A stretch of 48,012 nt of DNA from a virus (lineage: Duplodnaviria; Caudoviricetes), in IMG/VR virus record IMGVR_UViG_3300037761_000105, positions 1-48,012 of that record; one strand, written 5' to 3'. Under the pieces are notes generated by a model. The model was not told the origin of the DNA and ran no database searches. It saw nothing but the letters and a program-made list of their open reading frames with translations. Positions 25,363-34,348 of the stretch are shown piece after piece (the stretch's first letter is position 1; each line of letters starts with the position of its first letter). The translations under genes and the position numbers were made by a program.

Positions 25363-25540
25363 CGGTTCCCCCTTCTTGGTTGTCAGGTGATCGTTCGCGA
25401 TCCGGCGAGCAGCAGGTCGATCAGCCACGGCGCGGACAGCAGCCCGAGCAGGGTGACCACGCAGGTGCGCCCGCCGGGGTGCCGGCCGGGTGTGGACGAC
25501 GGCCACATGCGGTTGGGGACACGCGGGTCCTTGGTCATGG

Positions 25541-25843
25541 CTACTTCCTCAGTTCGGGGTGGATGATCGCGAGGCTGAGCTTGATTCCCGCGAGGGTCCG
25601 CGGCCTCGGCACGTGCTTGTTGTGCGGCGGCCGATCAGCGCGGATCGCCCACGTCTCCGCATGTAGCGCCTCGGCGTACGGCATCGGCCCGATGACCTCT
25701 GTATTCGCGACCAGCGGCCACCATTCAGCCTTGGACTGGATGCGGAATCGCTGCTCCGGGTTGTGGGTGCAGCCGATGTACAGCACCTGGCGATCAGCGT
25801 CGTAGTGCCGGTACACGTAGTGCGGTCTGGTGACGATGCTCAC
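25541..25843 (-). CDS. Small GIY-YIG nuclease
   Basis: YVYRHYD...LYIGCT..P..R; E..AI....P.HN. Confidence 0.75.
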   Translation of the reverse strand: MSIVTRPHYVYRHYDADRQVLYIGCTHNPEQRFRIQSKAEWWPLVANTEVIGPMPYAEALHAETWAIRADRPPHNKHVPRPRTLAGIKLSLAIIHPELRK

Positions 25844-25964
25844 GCCGCCTCCTGCGCTTGCTCGCGGGCGACGGCGGCGAGGATGCGTGCGGCGTCGGCG
25901 ACCTGCTGGTCGGTCAGCGGTGGCCAGGTGCCGGCGACCGCAGCCCCGGCCTCGGCGGGCGACA

Positions 25965-26132
25965 TCACGCACCTTCGATCTGGCCGCGCCGAATCTCCCG
26001 GCCCAGCGAACGGACAGGCTTGCCGCCCTTGTCCTGCTCCGCAGCCTTGGCTTCCTTGGCCTCGAGCTTGCGGACCGCCTTGTCGAGCGCCTCGCCCTTG
26101 TCCTTGCTCGGCCGGGGTGCTGCGGCTGCCAT
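25965..26132 (-). CDS. Hypothetical protein
   Basis: GGAGG RBS; TGATG overlap with cro. Confidence 0.5.
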   Translation of the reverse strand: MAAAAPRPSKDKGEALDKAVRKLEAKEAKAAEQDKGGKPVRSLGREIRRGQIEGA

Positions 26133-26365
26133 CAGGCCACCTCCTGCGGGTCGATCCGTGCCCACAACTCGCTGGCCTTGATGCCGAGCGCGGCTGTCAC
26201 GCGGTCGAGCTCGGAGACGTCGAAGGGGTATTCGCCGCGCAACTTGCGGCCGAGCGTGGATTCGCTCATGCCGAGTTCGGCGGCTAGCGAGGTGAGGGTT
26301 CGGCGCTGCCGGGCCATCTCAGCTCGCAACTCTGCGGCGACTCGTTCGCTCGGTGTCGTTGCCAT
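26132..26365 (-). CDS. Cro-like XRE HTH protein
   Basis: LRAEMARQ, LAAELGMSESTLGRKLRG; divergent from the repressor. Confidence 0.8.
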   Translation of the reverse strand: MATTPSERVAAELRAEMARQRRTLTSLAAELGMSESTLGRKLRGEYPFDVSELDRVTAALGIKASELWARIDPQEVA

Positions 26366-26440
26366 ATGGCGGACTGTACGCCATGTGGCCGAGTTCACGC
26401 AAGGGTTGTTCTCGCGTGTTATATATGGCACGGTTCTGTC
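26361..26440. promoter_or_regulatory. Divergent promoters and candidate operators of the immunity switch
   Basis: Minus TTGCGT-N18-TACAGT 7 nt before the cro ATG; plus TTGTTC-N17-CACGGT 6 nt before the repressor ATG; GCCATATGGC (26361) and GCCATGTGGC (26380). Confidence 0.5.
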
Positions 26441-26779
26441 ATGCCGGGAGGAACGAAGCCGCCAGTTGGTCCGCTGGCTCATGAGGTGGTCGGGATCATC
26501 CGCGGGCACCTGGCGCGAATCGGGTGGACGCACGGGAAGCTGGGTGCCAAGATCGGCATCTCGGCGTCGCAGGTGTCGCGAATGCTTCGTGGCGACCGGC
26601 ACATGGATCTAGATCAGTTGGCCCGCATCTGCCAAGTGACCGGTCTCAGGGTGACCGATGTGCTGGCCGAGGCGGAGCGCGCATTGGCTGCACGTGATGC
26701 GGCCGAGGTCGAAGCGCGGCAACTGGTCGCCGAGTTGGGTACCCCTGGGGAGGGTGACGAAGGTCAGGAAACCGCCTGA
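26441..26779 (+). CDS. Immunity repressor (XRE HTH)
   Basis: LGAKIGISASQVSRMLRG HTH; divergent from cro, near the integrase. Confidence 0.75.
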   Translation: MPGGTKPPVGPLAHEVVGIIRGHLARIGWTHGKLGAKIGISASQVSRMLRGDRHMDLDQLARICQVTGLRVTDVLAEAERALAARDAAEVEARQLVAELGTPGEGDEGQETA

Positions 26780-26821
26780 CCTTCTTGAAAGATCCGGAGT
26801 AGGGAGTAGTGTCACGCGGCC

Positions 26822-27478
26822 ATGGGGGACCACGAAGCTCACAGGGGACCAGAAGAGATAGAGCGACTACAACGTGAGTCGCAGGAGCTGCTCGCCGAGT
26901 TGAAGGCGAAGCTCAACGAGTTGGACCGGGCGCGCGGCGATGGTAACGGGCTGGTCACGCCGGAGCAGCGGCGCCGCTCGTTCCGGCTCATCAAGGGTGG
27001 CGCCGTGATAGTCGGCGCGATCGCAGCGGCCGGTGCGGCATTGAGACGACCGGTGATCGCCACGGCCGTCGGCGGCACCGCTGCGGTCGGCACGGCGGCA
27101 CTGATGCTGGTGCCGATCTACGAGCCGATCGAACCGGACCGCGTAGGTCAGCGGCCCGACCCGGTGGTCTCACCCGCTCCGGTCCAGCTGGAACCGTCGC
27201 CCGCGCGTGCGGTGGCCAACATCACCGATGACGAGCCCGAGCCCGACCCGAGCCCGACGCGAGCGGCGACCGCGTCTGTTCCGACCCCGGCGCCGACGAG
27301 CATCCCGGTTCCGGTGACCAGCCCGTCGGCGTCGCCGAAGGTGACCGCGGGTGTCACTGCGTCGCCGAGCCCCAGTCCGACCGAGCTGGTGCAGATCGAG
27401 GTGTACGCCGAGGACAATGAGGCGTGCGTCGACTCAGAGTTGACCGGCCTGGAGCTGGCTGTCTGCTTGAACCGGTAG
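26822..27478 (+). CDS. Membrane protein with Pro/Ser/Thr-rich extracytoplasmic region
   Basis: Coiled N-terminus, hydrophobic segments, PTPAPTS/SPSPSPT linker, C-terminal Cys pair. Confidence 0.6.
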   Translation: MGDHEAHRGPEEIERLQRESQELLAELKAKLNELDRARGDGNGLVTPEQRRRSFRLIKGGAVIVGAIAAAGAALRRPVIATAVGGTAAVGTAALMLVPIYEPIEPDRVGQRPDPVVSPAPVQLEPSPARAVANITDDEPEPDPSPTRAATASVPTPAPTSIPVPVTSPSASPKVTAGVTASPSPSPTELVQIEVYAEDNEACVDSELTGLELAVCLNR

Positions 27479-28813
27479 GATCCGCACCCGCTCGTGGTCG
27501 AACACGCCGCGCCTGGTGGCCGGCGCCACACTCACGCTGCCCACGACCAGGCGGATCAGCTTGGATCGACGTACGGTGTCGGTCGGCCACTCGTCGCCGG
27601 TGACGGGGATGTCAGGCATGGGTGTGAGCCGGCCCCGGTTGTCGGCGATCTCATCCCGCACCCGGTCCATCTCGGCGATGATGTCGGCCTTGGTCTCGGC
27701 GTGCCGAGCCGCCTTGAGCGACTCGCGCAACTCGGCGAGGTGCCGTTCATGGTCTTCGATCTCGCGCAGCAGCACGTCGGGCAGGCCGGGCCGTAGCCGG
27801 GCGGTGATGGCATCGCGCACCCGCTCGTCGGCCAACGCGGTCTTGGCCGCGGCCTCGACCATCTGCTCGAGCGGGGCGGCGGAGACGGTGACGTGCCGGG
27901 CGGACCAGGTGCCGGCGATACGGCACTGATAGACAGGCACCGATGTGGTGGAGCGCACCAGCGGCTTGCCGCACACCCCGCACACCGCAAGCCCGTTGAG
28001 CAGGGACCGTGGCCGGCTTCCGCCGCCGCGTCCGGTCTGTCGGTCGTCGATGTGGGCGCGCAGTTGTTCCCAGGTGGCCCGGTCGAGTATGGGTTCCCAG
28101 GTGCCTTTGCCGATGATGCCGCCACGGATGGTGACGAGTCCGGCGATGCGCGGGTTGGTCAGCAGTAGCCGCAGCGCGGTGGGGGTCCACGGGTTGCTGC
28201 GGGTGGTGGTGACGCCTTGGTCGCGGAGGCGGGTGCACACGTCCATGAACCCTGCGCCGTTGAGGATGGATTCGCCGGCGTCGCGGATGATGGCGGCTTC
28301 GTCGTCAACGATGCGCCCGTCGCGGTCGTAGCCGAAGGTGCGGGGGCCGGAGGCGAACCAGCGCCCGGCGTCGCGGCGCTGCCGGAATGAGCGCTTCCAT
28401 CGTTCGCTTTTCAGGTCGACCTCGCCGCGGGCGGTGGCGCCTAGGATGCGGGCGAGCATCTTGCCCGTACCGGTGGACAGGTCGAGTTCTCCGGCCCGGC
28501 AGGTGCGGATGAGCACGCGATGGTCCTCGACGATGGGGATGAGTTCTTCCAAGTCGAGCGGTCGACGGTACAACCTGTCGGTGTGCCATGCGACGATGGC
28601 GTCGATGCGGCCGGATTCGATGTCGGCGAGCATACGGCGGTACTCCGGTCGGGGTTTGCCGGAGCTGGCGGACAGATCGTTGTCGGAGTAGATTTCGGTG
28701 ACCTGCCAGCCGAGTTGGTCGGCGAGGGTCAGACAGTCTTCGCGTTGCCGATTGACCCCGGCCTCTTCGCCGGTGCGGTCTTGTGAGATCCGTAAATAGA
28801 TGCCTGCCCGCAT
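27434..28813 (-). CDS. int: Large serine integrase
   Basis: IYLRISQD catalytic Ser, DNDLSAS, RPEYRRML, DRLYR, recombinase domain FGY..NPRIAG, LLNGL..CGVCG zinc ribbon. Confidence 0.9.
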   Translation of the reverse strand: MRAGIYLRISQDRTGEEAGVNRQREDCLTLADQLGWQVTEIYSDNDLSASSGKPRPEYRRMLADIESGRIDAIVAWHTDRLYRRPLDLEELIPIVEDHRVLIRTCRAGELDLSTGTGKMLARILGATARGEVDLKSERWKRSFRQRRDAGRWFASGPRTFGYDRDGRIVDDEAAIIRDAGESILNGAGFMDVCTRLRDQGVTTTRSNPWTPTALRLLLTNPRIAGLVTIRGGIIGKGTWEPILDRATWEQLRAHIDDRQTGRGGGSRPRSLLNGLAVCGVCGKPLVRSTTSVPVYQCRIAGTWSARHVTVSAAPLEQMVEAAAKTALADERVRDAITARLRPGLPDVLLREIEDHERHLAELRESLKAARHAETKADIIAEMDRVRDEIADNRGRLTPMPDIPVTGDEWPTDTVRRSKLIRLVVGSVSVAPATRRGVFDHERVRILPVQADSQLQAGQL

Positions 28814-28837
28814 GGCGCTTGACTCTATCAGGGTTGT

Positions 28838-28886
28838 GTCATACGTTGTTATGCGGATACTTGCTCCGACAAGCCACACGTATCGC
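28838..28886. other. Candidate attP
   Basis: Imperfect inverted repeat ATACGT(28841)...ACGTAT(28883) with inner CGGA/TCCG, just upstream of the integrase. Confidence 0.3.
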
Positions 28887-28891
28887 GTGAG

Positions 28892-28908
28892 TTGTGGGAT
28901 TCCCACAA
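28892..28908. promoter_or_regulatory. Perfect 8-bp inverted repeat
   Basis: TTGTGGGA-T-TCCCACAA in the int/ltp divergent intergenic region. Confidence 0.4.
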
Positions 28909-28944
28909 ACCCGCACGAACACTGACGAACTGGAGCGTCTGGAC

Positions 28945-29021
28945 CCTGCCGGCGGGTTGAGTTCCCCTCGCCCGCCGGCAGGCCAAAACCAAGAGGGGAG
29001 CACCTGAAGAGGGGAACCACA
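28945..29021 (+). promoter_or_regulatory. 12-bp hairpin / putative pseudoknot sequestering the ltp RBS
   Basis: Stem 28945-28956 with 28971-28982; loop GUUCCCCUC pairs with 29009-29017 (SD, 9/9) or 28993-29001 (one GU). Confidence 0.6.
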
Positions 29022-29576
29022 ATGAATACCACAACCCGCGGCAGGCACCGCCAGTCCATCTGGCAGGGCTTCGCCCCCATCGTCACCGCACTGTTCGCGC
29101 TCGTCCTGCTGATCGTGTTGACCGCGTGCGGCGGCACCGAGCCGGACCCCGCGTCGGCTACTACCGAACCCGTGCCGGTCGAAACCATCGAGCCTGCACC
29201 AGCGCCCGTCGCTGAGCCAGCGCCTGAACCCACCGTCGAGCCCGAGCCGACACCCGAGCCTGAGCCTGAGCCGGTGAAGCCGGAATTCACGCTCGCCCAG
29301 GAGCAGGCCATCGGCAGCGCGCAGGACTACCTGTCGTTTACGGCATTCTCGAAGTCCGGCCTGGTCGACCAACTTGTCTACGAGGGGTTCTCCAAGAGTG
29401 ACGCCGAGTTCGCCGTCGAGCACATCACCGTCGACTGGAACGAGCAGGCGGTCAAGTCGGCCGATGCCTACCTGGACCTGATGCACTTCTCCCGTTCGGG
29501 TCTGATCGAGCAGTTGGAGTACGAGGGCTACTCCACCAAGCAGGCCACCTACGCGGTGGACCAGTTGGGGCTCTGA
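29022..29576 (+). CDS. ltp: Ltp-family lipoprotein (superinfection exclusion-like)
   Basis: LTAC lipobox, PE linker, two repeats A..YL....FS.SGL..QL.YEG(F/Y)S...A.(F/Y)AV. Confidence 0.85.
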   Translation: MNTTTRGRHRQSIWQGFAPIVTALFALVLLIVLTACGGTEPDPASATTEPVPVETIEPAPAPVAEPAPEPTVEPEPTPEPEPEPVKPEFTLAQEQAIGSAQDYLSFTAFSKSGLVDQLVYEGFSKSDAEFAVEHITVDWNEQAVKSADAYLDLMHFSRSGLIEQLEYEGYSTKQATYAVDQLGL

Positions 29577-29577
29577 G

Positions 29578-30264
29578 ATGACCGCCACCCGCGGCCGTTA
29601 CGCCGTCCGTAACCCGCTGCCGCGCCGCCTGCTGGCCGTCGCCGCCGCGTTGGCGTTCCTCGCCGCGCTCGCGGTGGCCGGGGCGCAGGCGGCCCGCGCC
29701 GACGACCGCGTGTTCGACCCGAACTACCTCGGGCAGCGGTTCTACGGCACCCACCTGTGCGTGGAGGACCGCACCCGCTCCACCACACTGCGGGGCGCGG
29801 TCAGGAACGCGGCTGCCGACTTCAACAACAACACGGTGCTGCGCGTGTACTACAAGCGGGGCGCCGGATCGTGCGTCGGGTACGCCACCAAGTACGACCA
29901 GCGGATCATCGTGATCGACGGGTTCTACGGTAAGACCGGCTGGGTGGGTAAGCATCGCCACCGGGGCCGTTACTGCGACCCGCCGGCGGGAATCCGCCTG
30001 GAGTGCGCGAACTGGCGGCAAACGATCTCCGGCGGGTGGACGAAGGTGAACTACCGCTACCGGGTGGTGGTGCTGAACCGGTCCTACTCGTACGGCCCGT
30101 GGGGATGGGACCACATCGCCACCCACGAGATCGGGCATGCGGTGGGGTTGGATCACCGTTCGGACACGTGCGGGTCGGTGATGTCGCAGATCACGGAGTG
30201 TAAGTGGATCTCGTACTTGTCGGCGGCGGATCGGCGGACGGTCAACAACATCTACGCGCAGTGA
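29578..30264 (+). CDS. Secreted metzincin zinc metalloprotease
   Basis: Signal peptide ending ARA; HEIGHAVGLDH and SVM Met-turn. Confidence 0.8.
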   Translation: MTATRGRYAVRNPLPRRLLAVAAALAFLAALAVAGAQAARADDRVFDPNYLGQRFYGTHLCVEDRTRSTTLRGAVRNAAADFNNNTVLRVYYKRGAGSCVGYATKYDQRIIVIDGFYGKTGWVGKHRHRGRYCDPPAGIRLECANWRQTISGGWTKVNYRYRVVVLNRSYSYGPWGWDHIATHEIGHAVGLDHRSDTCGSVMSQITECKWISYLSAADRRTVNNIYAQ

Positions 30265-30272
30265 GGAGTGCC

Positions 30273-30404
30273 ATGGTCGATGACCGAAGCTTCAAGGATC
30301 TCGACCCGACCCACGACCGTGACCTGGTGGCGTTCTTGCGTTCGCTGGCGCCGTCGGTGCCGGTGGGCGAGGCGCTGCGCCAGTGGGACGAGCAACAGCC
30401 ATGA
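30273..30404 (+). CDS. Small hypothetical protein
   Basis: GAGGAG RBS; ATGA overlap with the next gene. Confidence 0.5.
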   Translation: MVDDRSFKDLDPTHDRDLVAFLRSLAPSVPVGEALRQWDEQQP

Positions 30405-30604
30405 GCCCGTGGCGTGAGGGCTGGCTCGCGGGCCGGGCCATGTCGCTGCGCCGCCTGCAGTGGTGGGTGGCGCACGAGTGGGACGGCACCAGCGAGCATC
30501 TGGACGCGCGGCTGGCCACGCAGATGGTGGCGGTGCAGTATGACCGGGAGAGGAAGGTGGAGGTGGCGCAGAGCGATGGCCAAGCGCAAGTCGGTCCTCG
30601 ATGA
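30401..30604 (+). CDS. Small hypothetical protein
   Basis: ATGA overlap. Confidence 0.45.
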   Translation: MSPWREGWLAGRAMSLRRLQWWVAHEWDGTSEHLDARLATQMVAVQYDRERKVEVAQSDGQAQVGPR

Positions 30605-30761
30605 GTGTCCGAACGCGGACCGACACACCGACGGGCCTGACTCGTACATCGCATGGCACGAGTGGGCCGCGCGGATGGGCAAGACTCACGTGCAAGCTCG
30701 GTGTCCTGGCTGCGATATGTGGAAGATCTGGACGCCGAAATCACCAAAGAGCCAGACATAA
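30576..30761 (+). CDS. Small Cys/His protein
   Basis: GGAGG RBS; C...H..P..Y..WHEWA....KTH.Q.RCPGC..W.IW. Confidence 0.55.
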   Translation: MAKRKSVLDECPNADRHTDGPDSYIAWHEWAARMGKTHVQARCPGCDMWKIWTPKSPKSQT

Positions 30762-30767
30762 CAATGC

Positions 30768-30797
30768 GCCCCGCCGTCGCGTGAACGACGGCGGGGC
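30768..30797. terminator. 12-bp hairpin
   Basis: GCCCCGCCGTCG-6 nt-CGACGGCGGGGC. Confidence 0.5.
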
Positions 30798-30832
30798 TGT
30801 ACGGCCACACACTGAAGGGAGCATGGCCGCAG

Positions 30833-31057
30833 ATGGAGAGGCTACTACCGCCGGAAGCCCATGAGCTAGCGGCGAAAATCGAAGACGAACTGTGGGGATG
30901 GAAGGCCCGTGACCCGGCGCGGCCGCGGTTCGAGACGCGCCGCGCGAACGAGCGGGCGTGTCGGCTGCTCGGTGACCTTATCGTGGTGCTGCAACAGTTC
31001 CGGGACGAGTTGACCCGCGAGCTCGGCGAGTACGACGACGCGAGACGGAGGGCCTAG
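30833..31057 (+). CDS. Hypothetical protein
   Basis: GAAGGGAG upstream; helical 74 aa. Confidence 0.5.
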   Translation: MERLLPPEAHELAAKIEDELWGWKARDPARPRFETRRANERACRLLGDLIVVLQQFRDELTRELGEYDDARRRA

Positions 31058-31062
31058 ACAGC

Positions 31063-31114
31063 ACAAACCGGCCCCGGCACCGCTCCTTAGGGGGGAGCGT
31101 GGCCGGGGCCTTGT
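31063..31114. terminator. Bidirectional terminator between convergent arms
   Basis: GGCCCCGGC..CGCTCC / GGAGCG..GCCGGGGCC hairpin flanked by ACAAA and TTGT. Confidence 0.65.
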
Positions 31115-31120
31115 CGTCGG

Positions 31121-31306
31121 CTACTTGCACTCGGGGCGGTCGTCGGTCTGCCCAGGCGGGTGACAGCTGGCACCCTGATCCTGCGGTGCGTTGTTGCCCT
31201 GCCCGTTGCCCGCGCCGGGCCCGAACGACGGGTCGGCGGCGGCGACGGTGGCGCCGGAGCCGAGCACGATGAGGCTGAGCGCGGCGGCGGCGATGAGGCG
31301 CTTCAT
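31121..31306 (-). CDS. Small secreted peptide precursor
   Basis: MKR + hydrophobic core + AAA|D signal peptide; GGAGGT RBS; two Cys in the mature part. Confidence 0.7.
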   Translation of the reverse strand: MKRLIAAAALSLIVLGSGATVAAADPSFGPGAGNGQGNNAPQDQGASCHPPGQTDDRPECK

Positions 31307-31410
31307 GGTTTCACCTCCCCTCTTGCTGAGATGGGAGGACGGACCCCACCGACTCTGGGGGGCCGAGCCGGTGGGGCCTTTGTGCCGCCACTGTGGGGGA
31401 ACAGCGGCGT

Positions 31411-31746
31411 CTACGGGGGCACTGCGCCCATCTCGCGGTTCACGTTCAACCGGAACACGAACGTGCGGTCCTTGTTGTCGCTGGTGCGCCGGGCCCGCAG
31501 TTGCGCGGTGTATGTCTGCCCGCCGTCGAGGTCGTCCAGCTCGTCCGCCGACCAGTCGATGGTGACGTTGGGGGAGGTGGCGGCGCCAGTGATGCCGGTG
31601 GTCTTCTCAAGCGCGGCGGTGTCGCCGCGCCCGACGCGAAGCCGCCAACTGTAGCCGCTGGAGAAGTCGACGAGGGCGCCGTCGACGTACCAGTCGATGG
31701 TGATGGAGGGTAGCTCGTCGCCGACGGTGTAGACGGGCGTGGTCAC
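31411..31746 (-). CDS. Small beta-rich virion protein (BppU-N-like)
   Basis: GD.LP.....G..VDFS, W.A.EL, Y..QL; follows the fibre gene. Confidence 0.5.
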   Translation of the reverse strand: MTTPVYTVGDELPSITIDWYVDGALVDFSSGYSWRLRVGRGDTAALEKTTGITGAATSPNVTIDWSADELDDLDGGQTYTAQLRARRTSDNKDRTFVFRLNVNREMGAVPP

Positions 31747-34043
31747 TGCGCCTCCTGGTAGACGACGGTGCTGGTTTCGCGGTAGGTGAGCCTGGTCTGC
31801 TGGCGGTAGGTCAGCCGATATGGGTGCGGGTCGGGAAGTGATCCGAGCGCCAACGCCAGCGGCATGACCACGAGCACCGCGATCCCGCCAGGAGTCACCA
31901 CAGCGGCGATGCTGGCCCGGGGGATGGTAGCCGCGACTGCGATCACGGCGGGCGCGACGAGCGCGAACGATCCGGCTGTCGCCAGCGGCAGCGACACCGC
32001 GGCCTGGATCACCGCAGGGGTGAGTAGAGCGTTGATCCCAGCGCGCGGCAACGCGACGAGTCCGGCGATAGTGACCGGGGCGACGGTCACGTTCCCGCCG
32101 GCCTGCACCGTGGGTGGGGGCAGGGTCACGACGGCGGCGATCACGGCGGGTGCGACAGTGTCGCTGACCGCGGCGGTCGCGGCCGGCAGAGCCGCTGTGA
32201 TCGGGACGAGTGCCGGCCCTGCGCCGATGTTCACCGCGGGCTGCGGTAGCGCCGTCAACGCGGCCACCGCATCGGGGGTCACCGTGGAGTTGCCGCCTGC
32301 CTGGACGGTCGGCGCGGGCAGGGCCACCACGACGGGAACCACGGCAGGCCCGGCTGAAACGTCCAGGGCTGCGGCGGGCAGCGTCATTGTGGCCGCGAGG
32401 GCCGCCGGGCCGGTGCTGGTATTCACGTCCGGGCGGGGCACGGTGGCCGCACCTGCGATGACCGACGGTTCCGCTGTGACATTCCCGCCCGCCTGCACCG
32501 TCGGCGCGGGCAGGGCGACGGTGACCGGTGCGATATCCGGTACGGCGGACGAGTTGACCGCCCAGTCGGGCATGGCGACGGTGGCGGCCACAGTGGTAGT
32601 GGTGACAGTGCTGTTCACCGCGGGCTGCGGCGTGCTTGTGACCGCGGCGATGGTGGCGGGCGAGACGGTGGCGTTGCCGGCGGTCTGGGGTGTCGCCTGC
32701 GGCAGCGTGGCCGTTGCCGCTATGACCGACGGGGTGGCGGTGGCGTCACCGCCACCGCCGGCGCCCTCCAACGCCACCAGGCTCGAAATCTTGTTGTCGA
32801 CCGACTGATCGGTCGATCCGCCGGACGCTGACTGTGTCCCGTCGCTCGGTGAGATCCGGTATGCGGACGCCGAGAACGGCGTGTCACCGACCTCGGTGAA
32901 GTCGGTCGGCTGGGTGTGCGTCGGCGCGGTCAAGTACTCGGCGGCGTTGCCGCCCCAGGCCAGCGCCGCCCCGGTGACCGTGCTTACCGATGTGCTGGCG
33001 TAGCTGGTGCCGGTGGCGTTCGCCGTGTTGAACGGCACCGCCGACAGTGTCAGCCCGGCGTCGACGTCGGCGAAGAACACGGCTTTGAGCCCGCACCAGG
33101 TGGCGCCGCCGCCGAAGGTGAACGTGTAGGTGGTGCCGGTCGAGTCGGCGTCCACATATTTGATGTACGTGGCGGTGACGGTCGAGCTGACAGTGGTGCT
33201 GTCTCGCAGCGTGAATGCGGTGCCGCCGCCGGACGGGGTGATGGTGCCGCCACCCTGTCCCGTCCAATAGGACAGGAAGAACACCGCGATCTGGCCGCCG
33301 GCGGGCTTGGTAACCGACCGGGATGTGACCGCGCTCGGGTCGCCGCTGGCCGGGTCGTTCGACGCGCCGATGAATGACGCCGTGCCTCCGCCACCGCCGC
33401 CGTCCGCGGTTGCCGCCGGCAGTGCCGCGGTTGCCGCGATGGTGGCCGGGCTGGCAGACACGTTGACACCGGTCTGCGGGAGCGCCGCAACGGTGGCTAT
33501 GACCGCCGGCTCGGGCGTGGCGTCGGTGCTGCCGGCGGCGAACGGGGTTGCGACCGTGTCGTCGGAGGTGTCGACGCCGAACACGCACGACTGGTTCATC
33601 GAGCCGGACGTGTTGGTCGCCAGGACGCGGATGCGCAACCGGTCACCCGACGCCCAGGTGCCGAGCCCCGGATTGGTCCAGGTGTAGGTGCGGGTCGCCG
33701 CGCCTGCGGTCTGCGAACCCTCGGACGCTTCGACCTCGGTGCCGCCAGTGTCCCCGCCGGTGGCTCGGCGCAGGAACACCTGCACGCCGATGTTGGCGTT
33801 CTGGGTGCTGAACCGGATCACGACGGTGAACGGACCGGTGCTGGTGCCGTCCGTGCCGGGGTCGGTGGCCGGGGTGAAGAAGTTCTGGTTGCAGTTGACC
33901 CCGGAGTTCATGTTGCCGGTGGACAGGCCCACCGACACGCCGCCGGCGGTGCGCGAGGCGACCAGGCTGCGGCTGGTGCCACCCGAGCCGGACGGGCCGG
34001 TCAGGTCCGAGGCGTCGGAACGCTGGAAGTAGGTCAGGGCCAC
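31743..34043 (-). CDS. Long fibre-like protein with ~20-24 aa Pro-anchored A/V/T repeats
   Basis: GTG start in TAGTG overlap; S/T/G-rich beta domains separated by GGGG linkers; many PxxIxxxxxLP repeats, PTVQAGGN x3. Confidence 0.65.
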   Translation of the reverse strand: MALTYFQRSDASDLTGPSGSGGTSRSLVASRTAGGVSVGLSTGNMNSGVNCNQNFFTPATDPGTDGTSTGPFTVVIRFSTQNANIGVQVFLRRATGGDTGGTEVEASEGSQTAGAATRTYTWTNPGLGTWASGDRLRIRVLATNTSGSMNQSCVFGVDTSDDTVATPFAAGSTDATPEPAVIATVAALPQTGVNVSASPATIAATAALPAATADGGGGGGTASFIGASNDPASGDPSAVTSRSVTKPAGGQIAVFFLSYWTGQGGGTITPSGGGTAFTLRDSTTVSSTVTATYIKYVDADSTGTTYTFTFGGGATWCGLKAVFFADVDAGLTLSAVPFNTANATGTSYASTSVSTVTGAALAWGGNAAEYLTAPTHTQPTDFTEVGDTPFSASAYRISPSDGTQSASGGSTDQSVDNKISSLVALEGAGGGGDATATPSVIAATATLPQATPQTAGNATVSPATIAAVTSTPQPAVNSTVTTTTVAATVAMPDWAVNSSAVPDIAPVTVALPAPTVQAGGNVTAEPSVIAGAATVPRPDVNTSTGPAALAATMTLPAAALDVSAGPAVVPVVVALPAPTVQAGGNSTVTPDAVAALTALPQPAVNIGAGPALVPITAALPAATAAVSDTVAPAVIAAVVTLPPPTVQAGGNVTVAPVTIAGLVALPRAGINALLTPAVIQAAVSLPLATAGSFALVAPAVIAVAATIPRASIAAVVTPGGIAVLVVMPLALALGSLPDPHPYRLTYRQQTRLTYRETSTVVYQEAQ

Positions 34044-34348
34044 TACTCCCACCACCCCAACTTCACGTCGCCATGGGCAATGTCCGGCATGTGCTCGGGA
34101 CGCCTGACGTCGAAACCATCGGGTGAGGCGACGACCTCCTCCACGTCGACCACGGTCCCGCCGCCGAGCATCCACAGACCACCCTCTTGGCGCAGCCAGT
34201 ACGCCGAGCGGCCCTGCATCCGGTAGCCGGTGCGCTCGCCGACCAGGTCCACATAGTCGATACCGTCGGCGCGCAACAGCGTCCACCCGTCGACGGTGGT
34301 TTCGATGACCTGGCCGTTGACGTAGCGAACCGCCAGCCGCATCATCAA
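34043..34348 (-). CDS. Hypothetical protein
   Basis: Coupled to both neighbours. Confidence 0.55.
   Translation of the reverse strand: MMMRLAVRYVNGQVIETTVDGWTLLRADGIDYVDLVGERTGYRMQGRSAYWLRQEGGLWMLGGGTVVDVEEVVASPDGFDVRRPEHMPDIAHGDVKLGWWE

Noticed and set aside
28814-29311. 165-aa N-terminal extension of the integrase
   Set aside because: Antisense to ltp; the catalytic domain starts at the 28813 ATG
30768-30822. Another RBS pseudoknot
   Set aside because: The loop is only 6 nt with about 3 bp of possible downstream pairing; kept as a simple hairpin
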